Below, piece by piece: positions 8,774-17,491 of a stretch of 64,000 nucleotides of DNA; within the stretch, counting starts at the first letter, position 1; every line of letters begins with the position of its first letter. Under the pieces are notes generated by a model that worked only from the letters and a program-made list of their open reading frames with translations, did not search any database and had not been told where the DNA came from. The translations under genes and the position numbers were made by a program. The stretch is from an uncultured virus (IMG/VR IMGVR_UViG_3300025128_008688) (lineage: Duplodnaviria > Heunggongvirae > Uroviricota > Caudoviricetes). Location of the stretch: the IMG/VR virus record IMGVR_UViG_3300025128_008688. One strand, written 5' to 3'.

Positions 8774-10119
8774 TGTACGCAACAGAGATTAGTCGAGGAA
8801 GGAAGCTGCTAATACCTAAAAGCAACATACAGGCAGAACAGTTTATTCAGAAGGAAGCAGCGTTCTTTATGTCCTGTGTTAATGCTTATATAAGGGAGCT
8901 ACTAGAGTGGATAAACATATCTGACTTTGAAGTTACTGGCATAACTGATCATGGAGAAGTGTACCTAAGAGAAGAAGATAACGGTTTCTTTGTTGGGCCA
9001 AACGGAGGGTTCTTCGCACCAATAACAAAGAGAAAGAATGGAGAGCCGTTTGCGAAACCAAAGTGGAGTGATACACAGCTAAAGGCGATGTTTTGTAATG
9101 TATTTAATGAGACGCATACTCATGATTCTTGCGCGTCTTGGAAATTAAATATTATTGCTAACGGTGCTAATAAGATAAAGTCCTCTATAAAGCGATTCAA
9201 AAAGAGGGGCGACTCATATGCTGATTATATCAAAGACATGAAACCGCCTGTTATAACCAACCCTACTATCTGCCACAAAAAGGCTTTAGCAAAGATTAAA
9301 GATGATGCCTTAGTAATAAGAGGGGCTAACAAACAGGAGGTCAAGATAAAAGACTTTTTTATACCCTACAAAAAGTATACAAAAGTTCATAAGAAGACAT
9401 TTGGAGGAAACTTAGTTTTATCGAAAAAGAAAAATAGTAAGCATAACGAATACACTATAATGATCAAGTGCAAAAAGCATTTCTATTCTCCTTTAGGATG
9501 GATAGGTATGGACATAAACAAATACAACCCTGAGTGGCTTGCCATAGCGGAAGATGCCAAAGATGGTTTCTACAACATACTTCCTAAGCCTGATAATATT
9601 GATAAGATAGAAAAGATTAGAGATGACATAGACAAGATGATCGACAACAAGGAAAGATCATCAGGATCGACTAAGAGAAGAGCAAGATTAAGAAAAGCAA
9701 AAGATAGGGCTGTATCAGCGTATAGAAGAGAAATCAAAAAGTTTTTACTCCCGATGTTAGACTTCGTACAGTTATGTCGATTTGGACTTTGCTTAGACGG
9801 TGTTGCTACAAAAGGAAGAAGCTTTGGTCAGCAAGAAATAAATTCTATACTTGAGAAAGAATGTATAAAGAGAAACATTCCCTTTGCTATGACAAATCCT
9901 AGAATGACTACTAGGTCTTGTTATTATTGCGAAGAGAATAATCCTAGGCCTAAAACCTCTGGGCCAGATGCGGGAGTCTACATTTGTGGAAACCCTCTTT
10001 GTCCTAAGTTTGAGTCTAGGGAAATTCCCCATGTAAATGCCGCTAGAAACATAGCAAGGCAGGGTAAGAAACGCTTTCTAGAGTCGGCGGTAGAAGAGGG
10101 TATAGCTAGCCCTGCTTAA
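8770..10119 (+). CDS. tnpB: TnpB/Cas12f-like RuvC + zinc-finger protein with non-canonical active site
   Basis: RuvC-I WIGMDIN; Arg-rich bridge helix KRRARLRKAKDR; RuvC-II LCLDGV; NPRMTTRSCYYC..YICGNPLC zinc finger; RuvC-III PHVNAARNI; 449 aa. Confidence 0.8.
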   Translation: MMYATEISRGRKLLIPKSNIQAEQFIQKEAAFFMSCVNAYIRELLEWINISDFEVTGITDHGEVYLREEDNGFFVGPNGGFFAPITKRKNGEPFAKPKWSDTQLKAMFCNVFNETHTHDSCASWKLNIIANGANKIKSSIKRFKKRGDSYADYIKDMKPPVITNPTICHKKALAKIKDDALVIRGANKQEVKIKDFFIPYKKYTKVHKKTFGGNLVLSKKKNSKHNEYTIMIKCKKHFYSPLGWIGMDINKYNPEWLAIAEDAKDGFYNILPKPDNIDKIEKIRDDIDKMIDNKERSSGSTKRRARLRKAKDRAVSAYRREIKKFLLPMLDFVQLCRFGLCLDGVATKGRSFGQQEINSILEKECIKRNIPFAMTNPRMTTRSCYYCEENNPRPKTSGPDAGVYICGNPLCPKFESREIPHVNAARNIARQGKKRFLESAVEEGIASPA

Positions 10120-10144
10120 GGCTCTACGATAACATAAATAGCTA
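10073..10144 (+). ncRNA. putative pseudoknotted structured RNA motif, copy B (overlaps tnpB-like 3' end)
   Basis: GCTTTC; P1 TAGAGTC(10079-85)/GGCTCTA(10120-26); P2 AGGGT(10097-101)/GCCCT(10109-13); loop ATAGCTA pairs with TAGCTA(10139-44) after a 12-nt linker. Confidence 0.75.
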
Positions 10145-10148
10145 CTAG

Positions 10149-10225
10149 CCTTTCTACTGTCGGGCATATAGTTAAGTGGGCGACCAGCTTAAACTGAGGC
10201 AGTACGTAATTCTTATTGGTCGCTT
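10149..10225 (+). ncRNA. putative pseudoknotted structured RNA motif, copy C (tandem with B)
   Basis: CCTTTC; P1 TACTGTC(10155-61)/GGCAGTA(10198-204); P2 TTAAGT(10172-77)/GCTTAA(10187-92); loop GGGCGACCA pairs with TGGTCGCTT(10217-25) after a 12-nt linker. Confidence 0.75.
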
Positions 10226-10240
10226 TTAAAAGGATGTATA

Positions 10241-10786
10241 ATGATAAAGCTAGACTTCACAGAAGAGATGGTGAAAAGTGCTAGAGAAAAAGCACAATCT
10301 CTCGGGGCCATAAATAACTCTATACTCAAGGGCGGTGGAAATGTTGCCGGATACCTTGGAGAGGAGGCTCTTGCTCCGTTTATCGGCGCTGAAATAGTCA
10401 GTAACAATAGAGGTCTAGATAAGTACAATCATGACCTACTCCTACAAGATGGTCACAGAATAGAGGTTAAAACAAAAAGGAGGACTGTCGCGCCAAAACC
10501 TTACTACGACGTATCTGTTGCCAAAACAAGCAAGCACCAACAGCCAGACATATATGCTTTTATTAGTATAGAATTTCAAAGGGCTAGCTCAGGGCATCCT
10601 AAACAATATTTCGGACTAAAGAACATCTGGCTATGTGGATTTATGGGCGCACACGACTACTGGGATATGGCAAAACTGTGGAAAAGTGGACAAATTGACA
10701 AAAGAAATAACTTCAAAACTCATGTTGACATGTATAATTTAGAGATAGCGGATTTACACAAAGACTTGTCAGGAATACTTGTATGA
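10241..10786 (+). CDS. restriction-endonuclease-fold (PD-(D/E)XK) protein
   Basis: GYLGEEAL...HDLLLQDGHRIEVKTK catalytic-type motif. Confidence 0.6.
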   Translation: MIKLDFTEEMVKSAREKAQSLGAINNSILKGGGNVAGYLGEEALAPFIGAEIVSNNRGLDKYNHDLLLQDGHRIEVKTKRRTVAPKPYYDVSVAKTSKHQQPDIYAFISIEFQRASSGHPKQYFGLKNIWLCGFMGAHDYWDMAKLWKSGQIDKRNNFKTHVDMYNLEIADLHKDLSGILV

Positions 10787-12642
10787 AATACGTACCTTTA
10801 CACGTGCATAGCGAATACTCATTACTAGACGGATTATCTAAAACATCAGATATTTACAGTCGTCTAGAACAAATAGAAACAGATGCATGTGCCCTAACCG
10901 ATCATGGAAGCGTCAGTGGCGCTGTTGATTTTCATAAGACTATATCCAAGGGATACAAACCTATTCTTGGGTGTGAGCTTTATCTTTCCACGCAGAGTGC
11001 AAAAATAAAAGAGCCCGACAATTCTAAGCTTATGCATCAAGTTGTTCTTGCTAAAGACCTAGAAGGATGGAAAAAGCTTCTAGCTCTTGTTTCTCAAAGT
11101 AATCGACCAGATAATTTCTACTACAAACCTAGAATAGGTCTCGATGAGTTCTTGCAGAGCTGCGCATCTGATTACTCCTTAGTATCATTCAGTGGTCATT
11201 TGGGATCTAGACTTGGGAATTTATGCTTGAACAATGCTGACTGGAGAAGAGATGCCGCAAGAGAGGCAGAGAGGATGCAGGAGTCTTTTGGCAAGGGAAA
11301 CTTTTTTATAGAGATCCAGCTTATAGACTCGCTAATAAATAAAGAAGCAAAAGAAGTTGCAGAGAAGTTAAGAGAGATAGCTAATATAACTAGGATACCT
11401 ACTGTTGCCACCCCCGATGCACACTATTGCAGAAGAGAAGATGCTCATGACCAAAGGGTCCTTTTGTGTACTGCCCTTAGGAAAAGCATAGGTGAGATAC
11501 AGAGGGAAATAAAGCAGGGCAAGTCAGCAGCTATGGAAACCTTCTTTAAGTCTGACAACTACCATATTCCTACATATGAAGAAATGAAAGAGCACCATAC
11601 AGATGAAGAGTTAGATAATACTCTAGCTATAGCCGATATGTGTTCTAGCTATGAAATATTAGGGCCTCCTAACCCTCCTGAATTTAAATGCCCTGACGGA
11701 ATGTCTCCTAATGATTATCTCCGGGCCTTATGCAGAGATGGTTGGCGCACAAAAATGGCTCATGTAACAAAAGGTGATGAGCTTTTCTTAGGCTATGGGC
11801 AGCGGGTAGATAAAGAGATAGATATTTTTACTGAGACCAATCTCTCTAGCTACTTCTTGATAGTGCGAGATATCGTCGAAGAAGCTACAAAAAGGGGATA
11901 CCTAACAGGGCCGGGAAGAGGAAGTGCAGCAGGATGCATGGTATCATACCTCATGGACATAACACAGATAGATCCATTAAGATATGATCTTATTTTTGAG
12001 AGATTCTACAATGCCGGACGTAATGCCGGAGGAAGAGTGTCAATGCCTGATATTGACATTGATGTTCCAAAGCAGTCTAGGTCAGAAATAATTGAGTACA
12101 TCAAAGAACAATATGGCAAAGATAATGTAGCTCAGATTATTACATTTCAGACACTTAAAGGAAGGGCGGCTCTAAAGAGAGTAATGGCAGCAAGAGGCAA
12201 TATAAGCTTTGACGAGCAGAACGCTATTACCTCACACATTATTGATGAAGCCAAGATTTCTGATGAACTACAGGATATGAGAGATGAGCTAGGAACTGCC
12301 TCGGTTATATCTTGGGCTTTAGAGAACAAGTCTGACAGTCTAAGAGAGTGGTGTGAGGTCGGTGAAGACGGGTCTTTAAATGGTAAGCTCTCTAAAATAT
12401 TTGAACAAGCGATACGCCTTGAAGGCACTAAGATTATTCAGTCTAAGCATGCTGCTGGCGTTGTAGTCTCTCCTCAAAGAATATATGATGTATGTCCTAT
12501 GGTCATAGATAGAGAAGAGAAGGGTATGCTAGCTGGCTTCGAAGGTCCTAGCTGCGAAGATGTTGGTCTTCTAAAGTTAGACATACTAGGAATCAAAATG
12601 CTAGATAAAATTATGGATGTCTCGGAAATTCTAAAAGTATAA
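10783..12642 (+). CDS. dnaE: DNA polymerase III alpha, N-terminal part (PHP + palm)
   Basis: LHVHSEYSLLDG, ALTDHG, GPGRGSAAG, FERF, MPDIDID, KHAAGVV, LKLDILG; stops shortly after LKLDILG. Confidence 0.92.
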   Translation: MKYVPLHVHSEYSLLDGLSKTSDIYSRLEQIETDACALTDHGSVSGAVDFHKTISKGYKPILGCELYLSTQSAKIKEPDNSKLMHQVVLAKDLEGWKKLLALVSQSNRPDNFYYKPRIGLDEFLQSCASDYSLVSFSGHLGSRLGNLCLNNADWRRDAAREAERMQESFGKGNFFIEIQLIDSLINKEAKEVAEKLREIANITRIPTVATPDAHYCRREDAHDQRVLLCTALRKSIGEIQREIKQGKSAAMETFFKSDNYHIPTYEEMKEHHTDEELDNTLAIADMCSSYEILGPPNPPEFKCPDGMSPNDYLRALCRDGWRTKMAHVTKGDELFLGYGQRVDKEIDIFTETNLSSYFLIVRDIVEEATKRGYLTGPGRGSAAGCMVSYLMDITQIDPLRYDLIFERFYNAGRNAGGRVSMPDIDIDVPKQSRSEIIEYIKEQYGKDNVAQIITFQTLKGRAALKRVMAARGNISFDEQNAITSHIIDEAKISDELQDMRDELGTASVISWALENKSDSLREWCEVGEDGSLNGKLSKIFEQAIRLEGTKIIQSKHAAGVVVSPQRIYDVCPMVIDREEKGMLAGFEGPSCEDVGLLKLDILGIKMLDKIMDVSEILKV

Positions 12643-12660
12643 TAATAAGAGGAGATAATT

Positions 12661-13332
12661 ATGAATAACAGATGGATTATTGTTTTTGACTGGGAAACAG
12701 ATGGCCCAGATCCAACTACCTGCAACCCTGTCGAGTTAGCTGCCGTTCCGGTAGACCCTAGAACATTAGAAGTAAAGACAGATCAGGCATTTAAGGCAGT
12801 TATTAAACCTGATGGTATAGACACAGAAGAATATTTCACAAAGTCCCGACAGGATACTATAGCTTGGCACGCTAAGCAAAGAGGAGTTTCCTCAGAAGAG
12901 ATTGTAGAAGATTGGAAGTCAGGACAGTCCGAAAAGGTTGTGTGGAAAAACTTTTGTAACTACTGCTCAAAGTATCATGTTGACAAAAAGCCCGGACAAT
13001 GGTTTACCGAACCCGTCCCTTCAGGCTACAACATAATTAACTTTGATATTCCTATAGCAAGAAGATTGGCAAAAAAATACAAGACAAAACTTCCATTCTC
13101 AGAAGTATCTAAGATAGACATGATGGATATACTGTTTATGTGGTTTGAGAATCTAGACGAACCAAGCAGCATGAAGTTAGATGCATTTAGAAAATTCTTT
13201 GGAATGAAAGCTATACAAGCGCACGAGGCATTGTCTGATACGATTGATGAAGCAGAGCTAATGGTTAAGTTTATAAAATTTCATCGAAGACAAGCTAGCG
13301 TAGGTAAGTTCAAAGGGGCATTTGCAAAATGA
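12661..13332 (+). CDS. DEDDh 3'-5' exonuclease (DnaQ/epsilon-like)
   Basis: IVFDWETDG, GYNIINFDI, AHEALSD. Confidence 0.85.
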   Translation: MNNRWIIVFDWETDGPDPTTCNPVELAAVPVDPRTLEVKTDQAFKAVIKPDGIDTEEYFTKSRQDTIAWHAKQRGVSSEEIVEDWKSGQSEKVVWKNFCNYCSKYHVDKKPGQWFTEPVPSGYNIINFDIPIARRLAKKYKTKLPFSEVSKIDMMDILFMWFENLDEPSSMKLDAFRKFFGMKAIQAHEALSDTIDEAELMVKFIKFHRRQASVGKFKGAFAK

Positions 13333-13754
13333 AAGTAGGTTTTACTTGCTCATCTTTCGATCTGCTGCATGCTGGTCATATACTAATGCTCAAAGATTGT
13401 AAGGATTACTGTGACCATTTGGTTGTTGGTTTGCAGACAGACCCTACGATTGACAGAAAAGACAAGAACAAACCTATACAAAGTTTCTTTGAAAGATTTA
13501 TACAGCTAGAGGCAGTATCTCATATTGACGAGATATGTGTATATGAGACAGAAGAAGAACTTAAGCAACTTATAAACTATATAAACCCTGACATTAGATT
13601 CATTGGCATAGATTGGTATGGTAAAGAGTTTACCGACTGCAGAAGTGCAAGGCTTAAAAAATATGAAATGCACTATAATCCGAGATATGGATACTCTACA
13701 AGCAAACTAAGAAAAGACATATACAAAGCAGAGAAGAAGAGAAAAAATGCGTAG
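13329..13754 (+). CDS. cytidylyltransferase (TagD/RfaE-like)
   Basis: SSFDLLHAGH (HxGH), LVVGLQTD, PIQSFFER. Confidence 0.85.
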   Translation: MKVGFTCSSFDLLHAGHILMLKDCKDYCDHLVVGLQTDPTIDRKDKNKPIQSFFERFIQLEAVSHIDEICVYETEEELKQLINYINPDIRFIGIDWYGKEFTDCRSARLKKYEMHYNPRYGYSTSKLRKDIYKAEKKRKNA

Positions 13755-15381
13755 TTTTGATTGTGGGTGCGAGTTCGAAGAGCGCGGTGATGGTATAGTA
13801 TTTGATTGCGATATTACCAAACTTCCATTAGATTGCAACGCGACTTGGGACTTAATATGCGAAGGTAATACAAAGGGTGTTTTTCAACTAGAGTCTCAGC
13901 TAGGAAGATCCCTAGCAAAACAAGCCAAACCCAGAAACATAAGCGAGCTCTCTGACCTTATCGCCATCATGAGGCCCGGTTGTCTTGAGGCTATTGTCAA
14001 AGGCAAAAGCCTAACGATGCACTATATAGATAGAAAGAAACATGTAGACCACGTTGAGTACTTCCATGAATCCTTGAGACCTATTCTTGAGAGCACTTAT
14101 GGAATCCTTGTGTACCAAGAACAGGCGATTCTCATTGCTACGGAGATTGCCGGATTTGACCTACAGGAAGCCGACATTCTTCGTAAGGCCATTGGTAAGA
14201 AGAAAACAGATGTTATGGCTAAGGTGAAAAAGTCTTTCTTGCAAAAGGCTGAGAAGAGGGGTATTGTCACGAAAGAAGAGGCTGAGGAAATCTTTTCGTG
14301 GATTGAGAAGTCGCAGAGATACTCTTTTAATAAGTCTCACTCTGTTAGCTATGCTTATAATGCTTACCTGACAGCGTATGCAAAAGCTCATTTCCCTAGA
14401 GAGTTCTTTACCTCTTATCTAAAACATGCGGTAGGCAAGCCTGATACTTTCTTGGAAGTTCAGGAGCTAGTTAACAATGCCAAGGTCATGGGTATAAATG
14501 TTATGCCTCCTAGTATTATAAACATGAACGAAGAGTTTGGATTAATAAATAACAACCCTACTTATGGTATGACTAACGTTAAAGGAGTCGGCTCCTCTGT
14601 CTTTACTAAAATGAAAAAGGACATGGAGGAGCTTGGGATAAACCCTGCGGAGTGCGACTGGAACTGCTTCTTGCTTTGTGTATCCCCTACTGTGAATAAG
14701 AAAGCTTTTGAGGCACTCATACTGGCAGGATGTTTTGACTGCTTTAAGATGCCTAGAACACAGATGATGCATGAATTTTCTATAATAAAAGAACTTTCCA
14801 AGAGAGAAAAGACTTGGCTTAGATCTTACGCTTTAGAAAAAGACGGGATTACTGTTAGCGAATGCTTAGAAGACATGATAGACGCTTCTATGAACAAAGA
14901 TAAAAATAGACCTATCTTTAGAAAAGACCGTGCCCCTGTCGTGCAAGACTTAATAAATTCATACAGCAATCCGGGCTATTCGCTCACTGATTCTTTTTCA
15001 TGGCTAGCGAAGCAAGAAAATGATTATCTTGGAATATCTCTGACATGTAATAAGGTTGATGAGTATAACACCGATATGTCAAACTGCTCATGCAAGGAGT
15101 TTGTAAATGGTTTTGAGAGTACCCATGGAATAGTTCTGGCTGTGCAGATAGAGAGAGTGAGAGAGTGGAAGATAAAGAACGGTCGTGCTAAAGGTCAGAA
15201 AATGGCATTTGTCACTGCTAGTGATTCCAGCTGCTCAATAGATAATATAACTGTCTTCTCTGACGAATGGGCAAAGTATAAAAAGCTAATATATGAAGGC
15301 AACACTGTGCTACTCAGAGGGTCACGGGACAAAGGAAGAGGCGGTTTTTTATTGAAAAGAGCCGAACAACTAAGAAGTTAG
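13747..15381 (+). CDS. dnaE: DNA polymerase III alpha, C-terminal part (fingers, HhH, OB)
   Basis: GVFQLES, RPGCL, TYGILVYQEQ, ADILRKAIGKK, YSFNKSHS, VKGVG, MAFVT OB domain. Confidence 0.92.
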   Translation: MRSFDCGCEFEERGDGIVFDCDITKLPLDCNATWDLICEGNTKGVFQLESQLGRSLAKQAKPRNISELSDLIAIMRPGCLEAIVKGKSLTMHYIDRKKHVDHVEYFHESLRPILESTYGILVYQEQAILIATEIAGFDLQEADILRKAIGKKKTDVMAKVKKSFLQKAEKRGIVTKEEAEEIFSWIEKSQRYSFNKSHSVSYAYNAYLTAYAKAHFPREFFTSYLKHAVGKPDTFLEVQELVNNAKVMGINVMPPSIINMNEEFGLINNNPTYGMTNVKGVGSSVFTKMKKDMEELGINPAECDWNCFLLCVSPTVNKKAFEALILAGCFDCFKMPRTQMMHEFSIIKELSKREKTWLRSYALEKDGITVSECLEDMIDASMNKDKNRPIFRKDRAPVVQDLINSYSNPGYSLTDSFSWLAKQENDYLGISLTCNKVDEYNTDMSNCSCKEFVNGFESTHGIVLAVQIERVREWKIKNGRAKGQKMAFVTASDSSCSIDNITVFSDEWAKYKKLIYEGNTVLLRGSRDKGRGGFLLKRAEQLRS

Positions 15382-15411
15382 ATTGAAAACTACGCTATAA
15401 TAAGGTATAAG

Positions 15412-15861
15412 ATGGATCAGCTTATAGAAGAAAATATGGGACTTGTTGTTTCTGTTGTTAATTCTTTTAAACCAAAGAACGCTACAGAGAGGGATGACTA
15501 TACCCAAGCGGGACGGATAGGCCTATGGAAAGCCATAGCAAAGTATCAAGTTGAAAAGGGAGCAGCTCTATCAACGTATGCATGGAATCCAATCAGGTGG
15601 GAAATTATAAAAGAGATAAAGTCTCTAAAGAAGGGCCGATACCTTACACTGTCTTCGGAGCCCGATGGTTATAATTCTAAGGAATCATTTTGGGAGATAT
15701 GCCCAAGCAATATATCCGACGAAGAATGCCATTTGTTAGAGCTTAGAAGAATGGGATATAAGCTAGATGAGGTATGTCAGATAATAGGCAGAAGCAAATC
15801 GTATGTCAAAAAAACGATATACGGAGCCATTCATAAAATAAGGGAATCAAATGAACAATAG
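15412..15861 (+). CDS. small sigma-70-family RNA polymerase sigma factor
   Basis: NMGLVVSVV...DDYTQAGRIGLWKAIAKY...LSTYA (region 2); GYKLDEVCQIIG HTH (region 4); TATAAT upstream. Confidence 0.8.
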   Translation: MDQLIEENMGLVVSVVNSFKPKNATERDDYTQAGRIGLWKAIAKYQVEKGAALSTYAWNPIRWEIIKEIKSLKKGRYLTLSSEPDGYNSKESFWEICPSNISDEECHLLELRRMGYKLDEVCQIIGRSKSYVKKTIYGAIHKIRESNEQ

Positions 15862-17491
15862 AAAGAAGAGGGTTCTAGTACTCTCAGAATCTCATCACTT
15901 AGCTTCCGGGTTTGGAACTTATGGCAAAGAGGTTATTAGTCGCCTTGTAGATACAGGGAAGTATGATATTGCGGAGTTCGCGTGCTTTGGTCACCCAGCA
16001 CATTCCCATTCGGTTCCTTGGGATTATTATGGTAATATGCCAATGAGTGCAGACGAAGAAAAGCAATATAACACAAGTCCTATAAACTCTTTTGGATACT
16101 GGAAATTCGACCTTACATGCTTGCACTTTAAACCAGATATCGTAATATCTTATAGAGATCCTTGGATGGATAAATGGTTGTCTCTACATCCGTATAGAGA
16201 TTATTTTCACTGGGCTTGGATGCCGACCGTAGACTCTGCCCCTCAAAGACGAGAGTGGTTAGATATATTTGAAGGCTGCGATGCTATATTTACATACTCA
16301 GAGTTTGGAACAAAGACCCTTTTGGATCAAACCAATGGAAAAATAAATGTTATTGGCTGTGCGTCTCCCGGCATAGATCCTAATCTATTCAAGCCAGTTG
16401 AAGACAAGAAGCAACTAAAGGCAGAGCTAGGGCTACCTGAAGACTGTTTCATAGTCGGAACAGTAATGAGGAATCAAAAAAGAAAACTCTTCATAGAGCT
16501 TATCAAATCTTTTAGAATATTTCTTGACAATGCTCCAAAAGAAATAGCCGAAAAAACATACTTGTATCTGCACACTAGCTATCCAGAAAAAAGCGGCTGG
16601 GACATAGGTGGAGCGCTAGTAGAGATGGGAGTCGCATCACGAACATTTGTAACATACTGCTGTAGAAATTGTGGCGAATGGTTTACTACCAAGTTTAGAG
16701 ATGCTATAACAACGTGCAAGTATTGTGGGGCAAGATCTGCGTATATGCCACATGTAAGTCACGGATTAGATGTTCCAGACCTAATAAAAGTCTACAACTT
16801 ATTTGACATATATGTTCAGTATGCTATCTGCGAAGGCTTTGGGATGCCGCAAGTGGAAGCTGCCGCATGTGGTGTTCCTGTCGCTGCGCCTAACTACAGC
16901 GCAATGGAAGATGTTGTAAGACACACTAAGGGAATACCTATAGATATAGCCTGCAAGTTTAGAGAGATGGATACGGGAGCAGACAGGATTTATCCCTGCA
17001 ACAAGCATCTAGCTAAAATACTGGAAGACTTCTTCTCGTCTAGCGAGGAGGAAAGAAATAAGAAGAGTGTCGAGGCAAGAGAAGGCGCAATCAAAAGATA
17101 TAATTGGGACGACACAGCTAAGGTATGGGAGAAGTACTTGGATAGTTATACGCCTACTGGACTTCAAGGAGAGTGGGGATCTCCTCCAAGATTCAAAACC
17201 CCTGTTGAGCAAATTCCAGACTTGCCTAACAACACTGACCTTACCAGATGGCTTTTGGCAAACGTGGAGCAATCTGAAGATAAAGTATTCTCAAAGCAGT
17301 CGGCAGATTTTTCTGCTGCTTTAAACTTTGGTGCAATGCTGCAGGGAGGACTAGAGCCTATGGACAGAGAGAAGCTTATAAATATAGCTAAGTCAAATGC
17401 TCAAGCTTATAATAAAGCAGAGAATATAAGAGTCTCCAATGTCGAAATACCAGTGCCTAATTTCTACAGAAAGGCTGAAGCGAACAAATGA
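15851..17491 (+). CDS. GT4/GT-B glycosyltransferase with inserted Cys ribbon
   Basis: SGFGTY, VMRNQKRK, EGFGMPQVEAAACGVPV; CCRNC..CKYC insert. Confidence 0.85.
   Translation: MNNRKKRVLVLSESHHLASGFGTYGKEVISRLVDTGKYDIAEFACFGHPAHSHSVPWDYYGNMPMSADEEKQYNTSPINSFGYWKFDLTCLHFKPDIVISYRDPWMDKWLSLHPYRDYFHWAWMPTVDSAPQRREWLDIFEGCDAIFTYSEFGTKTLLDQTNGKINVIGCASPGIDPNLFKPVEDKKQLKAELGLPEDCFIVGTVMRNQKRKLFIELIKSFRIFLDNAPKEIAEKTYLYLHTSYPEKSGWDIGGALVEMGVASRTFVTYCCRNCGEWFTTKFRDAITTCKYCGARSAYMPHVSHGLDVPDLIKVYNLFDIYVQYAICEGFGMPQVEAAACGVPVAAPNYSAMEDVVRHTKGIPIDIACKFREMDTGADRIYPCNKHLAKILEDFFSSSEEERNKKSVEAREGAIKRYNWDDTAKVWEKYLDSYTPTGLQGEWGSPPRFKTPVEQIPDLPNNTDLTRWLLANVEQSEDKVFSKQSADFSAALNFGAMLQGGLEPMDREKLINIAKSNAQAYNKAENIRVSNVEIPVPNFYRKAEANK

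Noticed and set aside
10134..10141. Pistol ribozyme suggested by ATAAATAG
   Set aside because: Present in only one copy, and the flanking pistol helices and downstream GCG/P3 elements are absent.
10073..10225. CRISPR mini-array for the Cas12f-like protein, given the adjacent Cas4-like gene
   Set aside because: Units are not identical direct repeats, the variable parts base-pair internally, and no spacer-length unique segment separates B and C. Solo Cas4-like nucleases are common in phages.
10178..10227. Simple intrinsic terminator GCGACCA..TGGTCGC-TTTT
   Set aside because: The loop would be ~30 nt. The same pairing fits the conserved pseudoknot register of copies A and B better, although a termination role is not excluded.
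12560..13800. Split intein or self-splicing intron joining the dnaE halves
   Set aside because: No intein terminal motifs, and the interval is fully occupied by two intact genes with no room for intron core structure.
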